Positions 11,500-24,000 of a stretch of DNA of 64,000 nucleotides are shown here, one piece after another. Within the stretch, counting starts at the first letter, position 1, and each line of letters opens with the position of its first letter. The stretch is from Phallusia mammillata (lineage: Eukaryota), in the NCBI GenBank assembly GCA_965637545.1, contig OZ281496.1:7688001-7752000 (forward strand), in the 5' to 3' direction. The notes below the pieces were generated by a model. The model searched no databases. It was not told the origin of the DNA and was given only the letters and a program-made list of their open reading frames with translations. The position numbers and the translations under genes are program-made.

Positions 11500-13000
11500 T
11501 GTATGCCATCCCAATAAAGAAACGAAACTTTTGTGGACGATTCTGGACTTGCTTTGTTGGAAACATTACGAAGGTAATAGAACCAAATTAAGCTTTTTTA
11601 AACAGAACAAACACTTTTGATTACGCATAGTTTAATTTTCCACTGTGTTCAGTGTTGCCGCTAACTGGCATTAACTTGCTTCGCAATGCAGCAGTCAGCT
11701 GTGCAACAATTTTCTTTTCCAGCATGTCCGATTACAAGCGCCATTTATAATGGCCATAAACTGGGCCTGGGATCTGGTAACTGATTAGTCAAAACGGTTA
11801 AACCTGTAATTTAAGATATGTGAAAAATCATTTCAATTGGCCAGGTACTAACACACCAGTGAAAACACTTTTGCGTCAATTTTATTACATTTTGTGGAAA
11901 ATATTACAACTAATATGAACTTACGCTTTATTTAAAACTGCATTTGTATTACACACTCAAATTAACCTCAACAAACCGCTTGTGAAATATTATACCTGTG
12001 TGTTATCAACTCAACTCAACTGGGCTACTGTTTCTAGTTGCTTCGCATACACGAAGTAATTCAAACAGTAATCGGTTATGCAGCTGCGTCCTCCGTCGTT
12101 TGCACGTTTTTGTATTACAGGAAGCAATTGACTAGTTTGACTCAGGGCATGCAGTCAGGGACGAATGGTGTTGCTTTTTGAATAGCAATTTAGGTGTCAA
12201 CTATCCGTGATGTTGCACACTTATTCAGCTATTTTGACGCACTTTAACCCTTCGCTTGTGGTTGCACGCAATAGAATAGATGAACGATACTGTTTTCTGA
12301 ATGGGGAAACGAAGCAACTTATATAGAGAGATGCAAGCAAACACCTATTTACACCTTGTTTTGCACTGTTTTGTTTTGCAAGTAAAGTCAGTGCAACGAA
12401 AACAATTATACAGTGAGCAGCTTTAACATCACCTCATTTTACCACGTTGAACACAAAAGAAAAGAACCAATTATAATCACTTTGGGACACTGGGCCTCGC
12501 ATAACAGTCAATGAAAAGCTTATTGATTTGATTATGAAATTAATATTCGCTGAATTTTGACGGAAAGTCATTTACTTGACATAACAAAACTGCTGGAAGT
12601 ATACCAATCGGTGGAGCAGACAGTTCGCAGCCAGGGTCTAATATGGGCCGGAATACAATATTTTAGTGATACAATTTAGTGTTACAATTTTAGTGATACA
12701 ATTTAGTGTTACTAACAATAGTGTTTTGTTGGTAAAATAATGCAATTTGTAAGCAAAAATAAAACTGTTAAGAAAAAGTGAAATTCGGTTAAAATTTTCG
12801 TTATTTATTGGAAACTTAGCTTCGTGAATACGTTCGTTGCAAAAAAACAGAAAAACATTTTACGAGCGGAAGCACTCATCCAAATCATATTTACAACGCA
12901 AAGAAAAATTGCTTGAAGCTACAACCTACATCTGACTTCCTTAAAGCTGCATGAAAGAAGCAACAGACGTGTTGATGCTTTGTAATCCTCATATTGCTCG
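11500..13000. repeat. Segmental duplicate of ~35640-37400 (ZNF upstream block)
   Basis: Collinear shared blocks, e.g. cagtaatc(g/a)gttatgcagctgcg, ttgtattacaggaagcaatt and atatttacaacgcaaagaaaa. Confidence 0.75.
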
Positions 13001-13034
13001 TGGTTTTCATTTCATCTTCGATCTGCTTGCAGAC

Positions 13035-13510
13035 TAGTTACCGAATCGGTGAAATTTCGATTCGGCCGAAACCGAATATTCGGCGGTTTTGCCGATTAAA
13101 TTCGGCCGAATCAACCGAATCATTGATGACGTCACGCAAAGTCGTATCCTACGCGTTTGACATGAAAGCAGAAGTTTATCTACCAGACAATTAGTACAGA
13201 ATGGTTGTGTTTCGTCCGTATTTTAGTTCTGTGGGGTTTAACATTGTCCCAAGCACGATTGCCAACCCAACAATGGAAAACTGTTTTTTTGTCTGCAGTG
13301 GGAAAAGTCACTATGTCAAAAAATATAATGATTGACGCGATTTTCGCTGCTACTGAGAAGAAAGGGCACGTTTAACGCTTTGAATGGGTGCTCGTAAAAG
13401 ATTCGGTTTCGGCCGAATCGCAACAAATTATTCGGCCGAAACCGAATCTTTGCAAAAATGTCCGATTCGGCCGAATAAATTCGGCAAACCGAATATTCGG
13501 TACATCTCTA
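13035..13510. mobile_element. hAT-type MITE
   Basis: 8-bp TSD TTGCAGAC (13027-13034 and 13511-13518); right end ATTCGGTACATCTCTA, degenerate left end; many ATTCGG/CCGAAT subterminal repeats. Confidence 0.8.
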
Positions 13511-13794
13511 TTGCAGACTGGCTGTTTTACAGATGGGATGTAAGCGATTTATCTATGATAAACAAAGTAGAATTATCAAACATATAAAAGTAATCAAAAA
13601 CGTTAGTTTATTTCAAGAATTTAGTTACATGCCAACTATGTAATAAAAATGTTGAAAGATGTAATGGGTTTTTATTGTGTATAGATAGACTCGAAATTCA
13701 AACCGAATAAGACTGATTGATTAACGAAATAAAATACCGACTTTTAAAGTTTTTTTTTTTTAAATTATTTTTTAACCTGCTACTCCAAAAATCT

Positions 13795-13915
13795 AGAGTG
13801 CTGTTTGATGGCTACTTTGGCCATTACTGTCTATTTCTCGTCACCAGCGGCACAAATGGGACCTTGTGGTACGAAAAAAAGTGTATACTGTCTGCACAGC
13901 TTATCATCTATTGCA
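13795..13915 (+). repeat. Degenerate copy of the hammerhead-bearing element at 43928-44215
   Basis: gagtgctgtttgatggctac...tctcgtcaccagc...gtgtatactgtctgcacagcttatcatctattg aligns to the minus strand of 43930-44035 and to the post-cleavage sequence; the ribozyme core has decayed. Confidence 0.65.
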
Positions 13916-14204
13916 GTGTGCCCAACCGGTGGTACGCCACTGGCAAACACCTTTGGGTGTTTTAAATATTGGGTATTTTTGGACACCAATCGCTTGCTTT
14001 GACAAAAACCGTTTGTTACATGAAACACCGCGTTGCGTATCACTTTCTATGCTGGTGCAAAATCCGGACGCTAATGACTTTTTGTAAACACAATTGTGTG
14101 AATCGTTTCGTCATAACGATAACAAAACGATTATGCGCTCACCATTCAAAGTTTGCAGGGAGTTAAAAGCGCTTTGAAACTAATAAATTCTTTTCGTACC
14201 ATTT

Positions 14205-14340
14205 CAAAGCTCTGATCAAAATCATCACTTTGCTCGAAGTTAAAATCCTGAGATTCCATCTCGTCAAATTAGTTGTTCAGGTATTATATAAAATGTTTTA
14301 TCTGAATCATGAATATTATGTTATGACCTGAAGCAGATGT
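14205..14340 (-). pseudogene. Zinc-finger gene stub (acceptor, UTR and first codons)
   Basis: Near-identical to the 5' end of the ZNF at 34488 (ctgagattccatctcgtcaaattagttg...ttatgacctgaag); no fingers follow. Confidence 0.65.
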
Positions 14341-15655
14341 TTGTAATTTTATTATCGTTTTGGTTGCTTTAATTTCTGTTCCTAAGTTTGAAACAAAGGA
14401 ATATTATGTTTGAAATTGTTTGATACAAACTTACTGTATATACCTGCACATAAGTCGTACTGAAAATCCAGGGATTTAAAAGACCCTTTCCCTAGCTTTT
14501 TTGCATAAACAACTGGTGCAATTCGTTTTTTTTTTTAGCATTGAACTGCATTGCATTGAAACCGCAAAACTATGTTTTCTCAACAAAGCGGGAAAATCCA
14601 ACGCACGCTGAGCTGACGCATGTGCATGTGCGCTCATGAAACTGTCTCGGTATGTGTGTGCACGAGTGCATGTACCCGTATTCGACAGCACATTTCCACT
14701 ACAATTCTTGTCTATAACGCGCTCCCTTAATTTTTATTAAAAATTAGCATAAAATTTTGAGGGTTATACTCGAATAAATACGTTATATCCGCCCAATAAG
14801 CCGACCGGAACATACGGCACTTGCAATAGCCGAAAACTTTCAATTTTGTTCCGACTTGGTGGCGATTAGCACTTATGTCGAGCGTGTAGGTCGCACCTAT
14901 ATTTTTTTTAAATATAAGCAAAAAAGTTGCGACCTATCCGCGAGTATACACGGTAATTGAACAAACGTAGAAGCAAACCTATATTTACGTCATATTACAA
15001 ATTTCCAACAGCATGTGTGCAAGGTAAAATATACTGAAAAAATACTACCCTGGTGTTATGAAATTCAAATAAACAAAACAAATACTAATGCGATTAACTA
15101 CCTACAAAGCACAATTCCCAAGTGAATTTTAAACTAGCTAGTACCAACTTACTTAGCGATGTTGCAGTCTGCTGTGCAACAATTTCCTTTTCCAGCGTGT
15201 CCGATTACGCCTTACTTATATTGGTCCGAAACTGGGCCAAACCAACTGAGGTAAAATCAAAATGTTTTGACCAAAACTCAACAATATGTCTGACTCAACT
15301 AGTCACAAAATGAAGTAAGCAATTTCCAGTAAGATAAGACATAAGAAAGCTTGTAATGTTGTTGAGATGGTTGGTCACCAAGTTTCGCAAAACGTGATCT
15401 GGACAAATTAAATCACAGTCACATCCACGTTAAATGTAGTAAACGATCAGGCTGAAGTCGCACATTTGTTCGTTGCATTATTGCAAACTCTACGTAGATT
15501 CCAATGAGATTTAACGGTAGAATATCATAATTGTTGAATTCTAATCCCTCAAAGAATGAGCATAATCAACTGGAGTCGTTTCGTTCAACACGGTTTTTGG
15601 CAATCCGTTCCAATCTATTTTTAAGTTATAATTTTACACAGAGGAATGTTAAGGT

Positions 15656-15821
15656 TGTAATGTATTTACCCTCAAGTCATCAACGACACAACACGCACAC
15701 CTCGTGCAAAATACTTGTAATGACCTCAAGGGCAAAGCACGCGCTTATAAAGCGGTCGTTACGCTTAAGCGAACACACGTGGTGATACAAGACACGCATG
15801 AATAAACACAAATATATAACA
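15656..15821 (-). repeat. 3' LTR (166 bp)
   Basis: Direct repeat of 19694-19859; no mismatch seen by eye. Confidence 0.95.
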
Positions 15822-15830
15822 CTCCTCCCT
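15822..15830 (-). promoter_or_regulatory. Polypurine tract
   Basis: AGGGAGGAG immediately before the 3' LTR on the minus strand. Confidence 0.85.
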
Positions 15831-15841
15831 ACAAACAAATC

Positions 15842-18800
15842 CTAATTCTCAAAGCCATATCTGGTCGGCGGCTGTCGAGTTCTCGTGGGATAACGAGCAT
15901 AAGAATCGTTCGACATGCTGGAACGGCTATCAAAAGCATTAGAGTCGTTTGAAAGGTTGGGACGATTATCAAAAACAAAATCATCAAAACACGGCGAATT
16001 ACATTTCACATTGCAACGAACATTATTTTCCGACATGTCAATCAACTGATTAGTGTGACGCTTCCAAATAAATTTACAGTCTACACGTACGAGATAAGTC
16101 AGGGGCCCGAGAACTTTTTCTATAACGCCAATTGCCCAACGTTTACTGCGAGCACGATAATCCAAGGTTGCCACTTTTTGACCAACTTTAAATGTTCGTG
16201 GTGGCTGCCCGTGGTGCTTGTCTATTTGCTTTTCTATACACTTCTCAACCCTTTCTTCTCCCGCGGGTTGAACCAGATCTAGCCGTGTTCTCAAATTGCG
16301 CTTGAGGAACAGCTTGGCGGGGGACTCCCCTAACAATGCATGAGGAGCATTGCGATAGGACAACAAAAATCTTGAAAGTTTGCTTTTTAGGTTTCCAGGA
16401 TCGTTTGCCATAGATTGTAAACCTCTCTTGACAGTTTGTACAAATCTCTCCGCTTGGCCGTTGGTGGATGGAGAATAAGGAGCAGTCTTCGAATGACGAA
16501 TACCGTTCATCTTCATGAACGTCTCGAACTCCTGTGAAATAAATTGAGGACCGTTGTCTGAAACAATTTTTTCAGGAATACCGTTCCTTGAGAAAACGTT
16601 GCGAAGTTCGTCTATGGTTGCAGCCGCCGTGGTGGAACGCATCGGGATTACTTCTGGCCACTTGGAATAGGCATCCACGATCACCAAAAGCATGTGGTTT
16701 TCCACAGGACCTGCAAAATCTAAGTGAATGCGTTGCCAAGGTTTAACACAGGTTTGCCATGGGTGATATTTTACGATGGCTGGTGCGTTTCTGTTTTGTA
16801 AGCACCCCGAACAGTTTTTAGACAATTCCTCGATTTGTTTATCGAGGTTTGGCCACCAGACATAGTTTCGAGCGATTTGTTTCATCTTTACAACACCCAA
16901 GTGTCCGTTATGTAATTCCTGCAATATAGAAGACTTTAAACTTTCTGGAATAATCACCCTGGGTCCCCAAACCAAACATCCGTAATATGTAGATAACTCG
17001 TTTCTTCGATAATAATACGCCATGATGTCACTTTCCTGCACCCAATTGCCCGATGTCACACAAGCAAACACCCGTGACAAAATCTTGTCCGAGCGTGTGT
17101 GTTTAGCAATCTCATCAGCCGTTACAGGCAAAAAGTCAATCTGCTTGAAATAAAAACTGCTCGCAGCATCGCACGAAGTTTCAGTTGAGCCTTGCGGTAA
17201 TCTAGATAAACCATCAGCATTGCCATGTTGAGTTGTACTGCGGTATTCTATGGAATAATTATGAGCGGACAAAATTAAAGCATAACGTTGCAAACGCTGT
17301 GCCGACATTACAGGAATGCTTCTTTTTGGATGAAAGATAGAAGTAAGAGGCTCATGGTCTGTCACCAGCGTAAAATGTCGACCAAACAAGTAAATGTGAA
17401 ACTTTTGTACAGCCCACACAATAGCTAAAGCTTCTTTATCAATTTGCGAATAGTTTTTCTCGGACTTCGACAGAGATCTCGAAATGTATGCAATAGGTCG
17501 TTCACAGCCTTCTGGCATTACATGAGACATAACTGCTCCAATACCGTACGGTGATGCATCACATGCTAACCTAATTGGCAAATTTACATCATAATGTGTA
17601 AGAACCTTATCAGAAGCCATAAGTTTACGAGCTTTGTCAAATGACTGAGCGCATTCCAAGGACCAGTTCCATTTATGACCTTTCTCTAAAAGTTCACATA
17701 ACGGATGTAAAAGGGTTGACAGATTGGGCAAAAATCGATGATAATAATTAACTAAGCCAAGAAACGAACGTAGCTGGGACACGTTCTGTGGGATTGGACA
17801 ACTTGTCACTGCCCTAATTTTATCGTGCGATTTATGCAATCCCTCTTTATCTACCACATGACCACAAAATTCGATTCGATCCTTAAAAAACTCGCACTTG
17901 TTCGGATTGACTTTCAAGCCATACTCCGACAGTCGCTTGAGAACATTCCTAAGATTTTCTGTATGTTCTACATCGGTTGCTCCCGTGATTATCATATCGT
18001 CTAATAAACATTGTACCCCTTTCAAACCTTGCAGTACTTGATCCATAGCCTTTTGCCACAATGCTGGGGCTGAAGCTACCCCAAAAACTAGGCGGTTGTA
18101 ACGAAAAAGTCCTTTGTGGGTATTAATGGTAAGAAAATGTTTACAATCGTCTTCCATGGTCATTTGCAAATACGCATTTTTTAAATCCAGTTTTGTAAAA
18201 CGATTTCCTCCAGCCAACGTGGCAAATATATCAGTTACTTTAGGCAAGGGATATTGCTCTATGTTTAGGACTGGATTTAACGTTACTTTAAAATCTCCAC
18301 ACAATCTTACTGATCCATCCTTCTTCAACACTGGTACGATAGGGGTTGCCCACTCACTGTAAGGAACGGGTTCCAAAATGCCTTCAGATGTCAGCCTCTC
18401 TAATTCAGTTTCAACCTTTTGCTTTATGGCGTATGGAAGTGATCTTGCCTTGCAGAAAACAGGTTTTGAGTTAGATTTGAGATACAACTTTCCTTTGATT
18501 CCTTTTAACGTTCCTAATTTGTCATCAAATACCTCTAGAAACTCAACCAGCGGGCATTTAGTTACATCAAACTTCAAACAACTAAAACTTTCATGACTTC
18601 CAGATTTACAAAAAGCACGCAACCACTCACGACCAAACAACGTCGGACCATTTATTCCCACAACATAAAGTTTCAAGTGTAAACGAGTAGATCGGTATTC
18701 CACTGTAACTGGCAGAAACCCCAGTGGAATGATTCTCTCATTTGAATAAGTTTTCAAAACAATGCTTGTTGGTTCAAGTGTAGAGCCTTTAAACAAATTT

Positions 18801-19681
18801 TTGTAATCAGTCTCGGACATTATAGACAGTGCAGACCCAGTATCTAACTCCATTACGACGGGTTTACCATTAATTAATGGTCGAATCACTATATTGTCAT
18901 TTTCTGTTACACCAATGGAATTTAAACAACATTTTACAGGCACCTGTTGATCTTCGGAAGTAATGAAGTTAAAATTCTTCTTGCTTCGGTTTCTGCATGT
19001 TGATGCAATGTGACCTATTCTTCCACACTTGTAACACGTAGCACTTTTGAAAAAGCAGTTGAATTCTTCATGACCCAAGCGACCACATCGACCACACGCT
19101 CTTCGTCCTCTTGGATTCTCATTCCTACTAAACTTGTTAACGGCCATGTCATTATTTCTCATAATTTTTGTATCAGCATCGGCCTTTTCCAAAGTGTTAG
19201 CTATTACCACGGCTTGCGAAAAGTTCAAATTATTTTCGATTAATAATCGCCGTTGTATGGCCTCCGAGAGTATACCACAAACAAATCTCTGAGTTAATGC
19301 ATCATCCAAAAAATCACCATATTGACAATTTTCACTCAACTTTCTGATAACAGCCACATATTGATTGACTGATTCTCCAGGCATTTGATCCCGCTTTCCA
19401 AATTTAAAACGTTCAGAAATTTTTAAAGTGGTTGGGCAAAAATGTTCCGATAAAATTTTCACAATCTCCTTGTAAGTTTTTGAATAAGTTTTAGATGGTG
19501 CAACCAAATCTTTTAGAAGACTGTACGTCTTAGCCCCAACAAAATTCAAAAGTGCCGGTACCTGTTTGTCATTAGGAATGTCGTTAATTTTAAAGAACTG
19601 TTCAATCCTTTCCACGTACGTTGGCCATGTTTCCATTTCAGAATTGAACTCTCCAACACTTCCCAAGTAGGACGATCCCAT
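15842..19681 (-). CDS. Gag-Pol polyprotein (2x CCHC, protease, RT, RNase H, integrase), 1279 aa
   Basis: Motifs CGRCGRLGH..C and CYKCGRIGH..C; LDTGS; CLLDD; LACDAS; HHCC; HLDFAGP, DNGPQF and GQAERF. Confidence 0.97.
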   Translation of the reverse strand: MGSSYLGSVGEFNSEMETWPTYVERIEQFFKINDIPNDKQVPALLNFVGAKTYSLLKDLVAPSKTYSKTYKEIVKILSEHFCPTTLKISERFKFGKRDQMPGESVNQYVAVIRKLSENCQYGDFLDDALTQRFVCGILSEAIQRRLLIENNLNFSQAVVIANTLEKADADTKIMRNNDMAVNKFSRNENPRGRRACGRCGRLGHEEFNCFFKSATCYKCGRIGHIASTCRNRSKKNFNFITSEDQQVPVKCCLNSIGVTENDNIVIRPLINGKPVVMELDTGSALSIMSETDYKNLFKGSTLEPTSIVLKTYSNERIIPLGFLPVTVEYRSTRLHLKLYVVGINGPTLFGREWLRAFCKSGSHESFSCLKFDVTKCPLVEFLEVFDDKLGTLKGIKGKLYLKSNSKPVFCKARSLPYAIKQKVETELERLTSEGILEPVPYSEWATPIVPVLKKDGSVRLCGDFKVTLNPVLNIEQYPLPKVTDIFATLAGGNRFTKLDLKNAYLQMTMEDDCKHFLTINTHKGLFRYNRLVFGVASAPALWQKAMDQVLQGLKGVQCLLDDMIITGATDVEHTENLRNVLKRLSEYGLKVNPNKCEFFKDRIEFCGHVVDKEGLHKSHDKIRAVTSCPIPQNVSQLRSFLGLVNYYHRFLPNLSTLLHPLCELLEKGHKWNWSLECAQSFDKARKLMASDKVLTHYDVNLPIRLACDASPYGIGAVMSHVMPEGCERPIAYISRSLSKSEKNYSQIDKEALAIVWAVQKFHIYLFGRHFTLVTDHEPLTSIFHPKRSIPVMSAQRLQRYALILSAHNYSIEYRSTTQHGNADGLSRLPQGSTETSCDAASSFYFKQIDFLPVTADEIAKHTRSDKILSRVFACVTSGNWVQESDIMAYYYRRNELSTYYGCLVWGPRVIIPESLKSSILQELHNGHLGVVKMKQIARNYVWWPNLDKQIEELSKNCSGCLQNRNAPAIVKYHPWQTCVKPWQRIHLDFAGPVENHMLLVIVDAYSKWPEVIPMRSTTAAATIDELRNVFSRNGIPEKIVSDNGPQFISQEFETFMKMNGIRHSKTAPYSPSTNGQAERFVQTVKRGLQSMANDPGNLKSKLSRFLLSYRNAPHALLGESPAKLFLKRNLRTRLDLVQPAGEERVEKCIEKQIDKHHGQPPRTFKVGQKVATLDYRARSKRWAIGVIEKVLGPLTYLVRVDCKFIWKRHTNQLIDMSENNVRCNVKCNSPCFDDFVFDNRPNLSNDSNAFDSRSSMSNDSYARYPTRTRQPPTRYGFEN

Positions 19682-19692
19682 CCTCGTCGCCA
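19675..19692 (-). promoter_or_regulatory. Primer-binding site, tRNA-Ser(GCT) type
   Basis: TGGCGACGAGGATGGGAT, 18 nt complementary to the ...ATCCCATCCTCGTCGCCA tRNA-Ser 3' end; it contains the gag ATG. Confidence 0.85.
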
Positions 19693-19693
19693 G

Positions 19694-19859
19694 TGTAATG
19701 TATTTACCCTCAAGTCATCAACGACACAACACGCACACCTCGTGCAAAATACTTGTAATGACCTCAAGGGCAAAGCACGCGCTTATAAAGCGGTCGTTAC
19801 GCTTAAGCGAACACACGTGGTGATACAAGACACGCATGAATAAACACAAATATATAACA
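19694..19859 (-). repeat. 5' LTR (166 bp)
   Basis: Direct repeat of 15656-15821. Confidence 0.95.
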
Positions 19860-20990
19860 AAGGTAAATGATAACATTTACTTGTAAAGTCATTGCAGTCT
19901 TTACAGTGGAATAAATCTGGATTGTTCATTCCTTCAATGCACACAAATTCACTTCTCCAATCGTTTACTCTAAATAAGAAACAGCTTTTATACATAATAA
20001 CGTTGCGATTATTAGACGAAGTTACGGCACAAGATTAAGTATAAACTTCGGAAAAGTTGCGCTTCGATAGAAAGCAAAACAGTGTTAAAACATAGAGCAA
20101 TACAATATATTTAAAATTTAGGCTTGAATCTTACAGTTCGTTGCTTGGTGGAAGAATACTACGATGAACCTTATTCTTATTGATTCAAATTTATTAAAAT
20201 CCCTTCATTTAATTTTATGATTTTAAGATAAAACTCTTTCGCCTTTGTGGCATCTTCCGTATCAAAAGCCAACCACATAAGTATAAATTATTAAAGCATA
20301 CATAAAACAATAATAAAGACGCATGAAATTAATGTTAAAAATCGAACATTTATACTGCCGCCCCTGAATTCACACCAAGTAACTACATTGAGCAAAACAT
20401 GTGTAAACATGCAAACGAAAACGCCGTGTAAACCTGCAAACGTTCGGTTCGGTTTTTAACATTAATCGTGGCAGCTGCAAAACGTTTGTTTGAGCATGAA
20501 GTCAAATGGTTTATTTACAAATACAGCGGTTTTTCGACAAAGTTTAACTTTGTGGCTGTGCTTTGTGAGGCATTGTCAATTAAAGCGCAACTATGTGCCA
20601 GGTTGTACTGATTTAAACGAAAGTCTTTTTATCGGATGATTATAGGCTTGATTTACATTTTATATTCACAAAGAATTTGTTTGCTAAGTAGACTGTACTT
20701 ACTTTACAGCAGGACACATTGCGTAGACGCTCCCAGTTCTTCCATAAGCACGAAACTGAACAAAACCGGTCGGTAGAGGTTTTACACTTGGTGGCAGCAT
20801 CGAGTTAACTACTGAATCGTTTCCGATAGAAAATTGAACTGGCACTGAAAGTACGTCATCACCATAAAAGCAATTTGGACCTGAATCAACGGCGCAAAAT
20901 TTTGGAAATCATCAAGTTTATTGTGACGTATTGGTATTTGGGAACACTATACACGGACTTGAAAAGTAGTTTAAGTGGTGCAAAAACAGG

Positions 20991-21026
20991 CACTGATGAT
21001 GACAACAGAGATTGTCGAAAAGTCTG
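20991..21026 (+). ncRNA. Minimal hammerhead ribozyme motif, one core substitution
   Basis: CA-CUGAUGA-U-GACAA-cagaga-UUGUC-GAAA-A-GUC-UG; same stem II arms as 9939-9992. Confidence 0.5.
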
Positions 21027-24000
21027 AACAATGTATTCTATATACACCACTACCTTGGCAGTAATGTTTGTGATTAAACTATTGGTATTTGGTTTTTTGA
21101 AAATGTTTTGCTTACAAAGTTGCGTTTCAGAAATAGTTTCCTATATTTAGAAGGTGAATGCGTTGATCTCTGTTTCAGGTATTTTTCCTACAAAGTAAAA
21201 ACAATATGAAAAGGATGATCAACTACAAAGTGTAAAACAGCAATTTCATTTTACTTCACAAAAAATCGTGAGCGACAAGTTACCTTGAAATCATTGTGTA
21301 ACCGAATACTGTGTTGGTCACGGCTTTATGGATACTCCATCCAAAATAATAATATGTTGAAGGCGTGTATGAGTATAAACTTACACTTGGAATTTGGGAT
21401 GATTTCGAATTCTACATGACAAACAGCAAAAAATCGTTTACAATTGTCCAGCATGCCAGCTTCATTGTAGGTGATCGCCAGATGATCATCCCTAAAACGT
21501 CTATGCGTGTTTGGGCCTTGCGAACTGTGTATATATAAGTGCACCGTGATCGCTGGTCTGCATAGACGCTTTAGGGCTGATCCTAGTTATGATTTTATGG
21601 TGATGTGTGACGTGTTGGAATTGTTGTCTTTCATTATTGATGATTAACTTTGATTATCAGGCGCTTTTAGTGCCTTTGAATGAAGAGTTTGCTGGTAAAC
21701 TGTATTTTAACCAAAGCAGTGTAAAACAGTCTGATTGGTTTTGAGTCTTTCTAAAATGGCGTAAAAATGATAGCATCACATGAATTTATTAAGGCCTATT
21801 TTCAAATTGCCATCCTACAAAAACTGAGATTGCAAACTTACAAAACCAAAGATTGCAAAGATCATGCAACTAACAAATAAACTTTCTGTACTATCTTTCG
21901 GAATTTAGTTAAATTTAAAAGCGCTTTTCAATTGTTTGGCAAACCAAATGGTAAACAAATGCCTGCTTGTGTCAGAAGGTATTCAATGCAACGAACCTTA
22001 ATATTAATGACGTAAAACCAAACATTGCACAAGCTGGACAATGACGAACCATTTCTACATTGTGTTTCGTAATGTAAAAAGAAGTTGTTAAGCGTGTGAT
22101 TTCCTTTGTACATAACTTTTAAGTCAGCATTTGGTCTAAAAGCAAACACCTGCACACATCAAATTCTTGTTATTTTAACACAGGGCAATAATTTGACGCT
22201 GTATTTACGTACATCGAGGGAAAAAGAGAAGAAGCAGTGATCAAAGTTTCCCACAGCAAACAAGGCAAAGAAGGGATGCATTTTTCGGCTTGAACTCATT
22301 ATGTTGCCTAGGTCACATCTACATTGTTCACAAGAATTAACAAAAAATATTGTAAAATATATTAGAAAAGATATCTTAAACCAACCTATAATGCAATCCG
22401 AAATTTAAACGCCACCTGGACAGTTTGTTTGATATGTATGTGGATAAAATGCTTGATATGTATTTGGATAACATGCTTGACGTGTTTGAAAGCTGATCTG
22501 AACAAGATTTATTATTATTCTTAAACAAAACATGTTAATAAAGTTACTTACTCTCATTCCGAAATTGTTACCATACATTTTATTATCATCCAGATAATAA
22601 GCAACAGAACCATAGTCGCAAAAATAGAAATCAGAAATTGAATTTGTAATTTCTGTAGATTTCTCCTCAAGTCGATCCAACATCGAGTTTACGTTTGAAT
22701 AAAAACCTTGAATGACAAACAAAGGAACTACGACACATGCTTTAGTAATGTGAATGATTTTTTGAACTCTAATTAAAAAAACGTTATCCGTACCATTCGC
22801 TTGCTTCAGTGGATAATGATAATTGTAAATTTTATGCAAATTTCCTCCGTAATTTTCCATAAATCTGTTTTCCGTTTAATATTGCAGAAAACTGTTTTCT
22901 GCTGGCTTTTAGTGGTGTTTGGTTTGGGACATAACATAATATCTTTGCCCTACAAAATTGTCTTGTATTTAAACATATATTTTCTTTATACACTATTTGC
23001 CTGATATTCAAAATATGCTTGACTTTTGAAATCTGATCTTGTGCAAGTAGCAAATGTTCCAAAAGTGTTTGTGTTCATCCAATTTTGGTAGTCTGAAATT
23101 TTAAAGAAATATTACCTTTAGCTTTGTAGGAATTAAAAAAAGGTTAAAAAATATAGTTTACCTATTGAAGCTTGAGTAGTCTTTTTTGTTGTAAGAAACG
23201 ACAATTCACTATAAGATTCTTGTAAAGTGAAATTATTATCATTGATGGTAGCAGCAAGAATCCATCCACCACCAGCAGCTATCATGTCACAGTAAACCAA
23301 AACAACGTAAGAAAGTATTTCTTCCCGCTTACTGCTGTTGTAAAAATGTAAAGTGGATTTGCAGAAGAAACACAAAATATGTGCTTCTATCCTTACATTG
23401 CGAAACGTTTTACTTTTTTCTGAGCATATTTTTAATAACGCTACAACTAAATTTAGTTGGATGTAAAGTAGAGAACATAATTTGAATGTATTTTTAGCAG
23501 TGTATATTTCACAGTTTAGTTTATTTTCATTTTAGCGGAACATCAGACACGTCAAAGCAGTTTTGCTTTTTATAGTCTAGCGGCCTTAGATGTTGCGTTT
23601 TCTTAAACCACACACCCTAGCACTTGCGCAATCGTAAAACTGTTTCTTGTAGCCGCCTTTCTTCCGCAGTAGTTATTTCTTTTGTTTTGGAGCGACACTA
23701 CCTTTGCCCCGGGTTACGATACCACGTTGTCGCTTGACTACATATTTGCGTTTGCTAATCTAAGTACTTACTTCTAAATTACTTATTTGAACTTACTTAC
23801 CAGAGGCTAAACGAAGTTATCGCCAACGTTATGCACTTACGTTTGTTGTAGTTATATTCGTTTTGTTTATTAAACCGCTTTAGTTGTTATCAGTCTGGTG
23901 TCATTAAGAGTTTCAGATCGCGCATTTTTCTTCTTAATTTTAACATTGCATAACACCGCAGCCGAATAACTCATATTTATTGCAGCATGTTAAACTACTG

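Larger units (their letters stand above)
15656..19859 (-). mobile_element. Full-length Mag-like Ty3/gypsy LTR retrotransposon
   Basis: Identical 166-bp TG..CA LTRs, 5-bp TSD AAGGT (15651-15655 and 19860-19864), PBS, PPT and a single gag-pol ORF. Confidence 0.97.
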
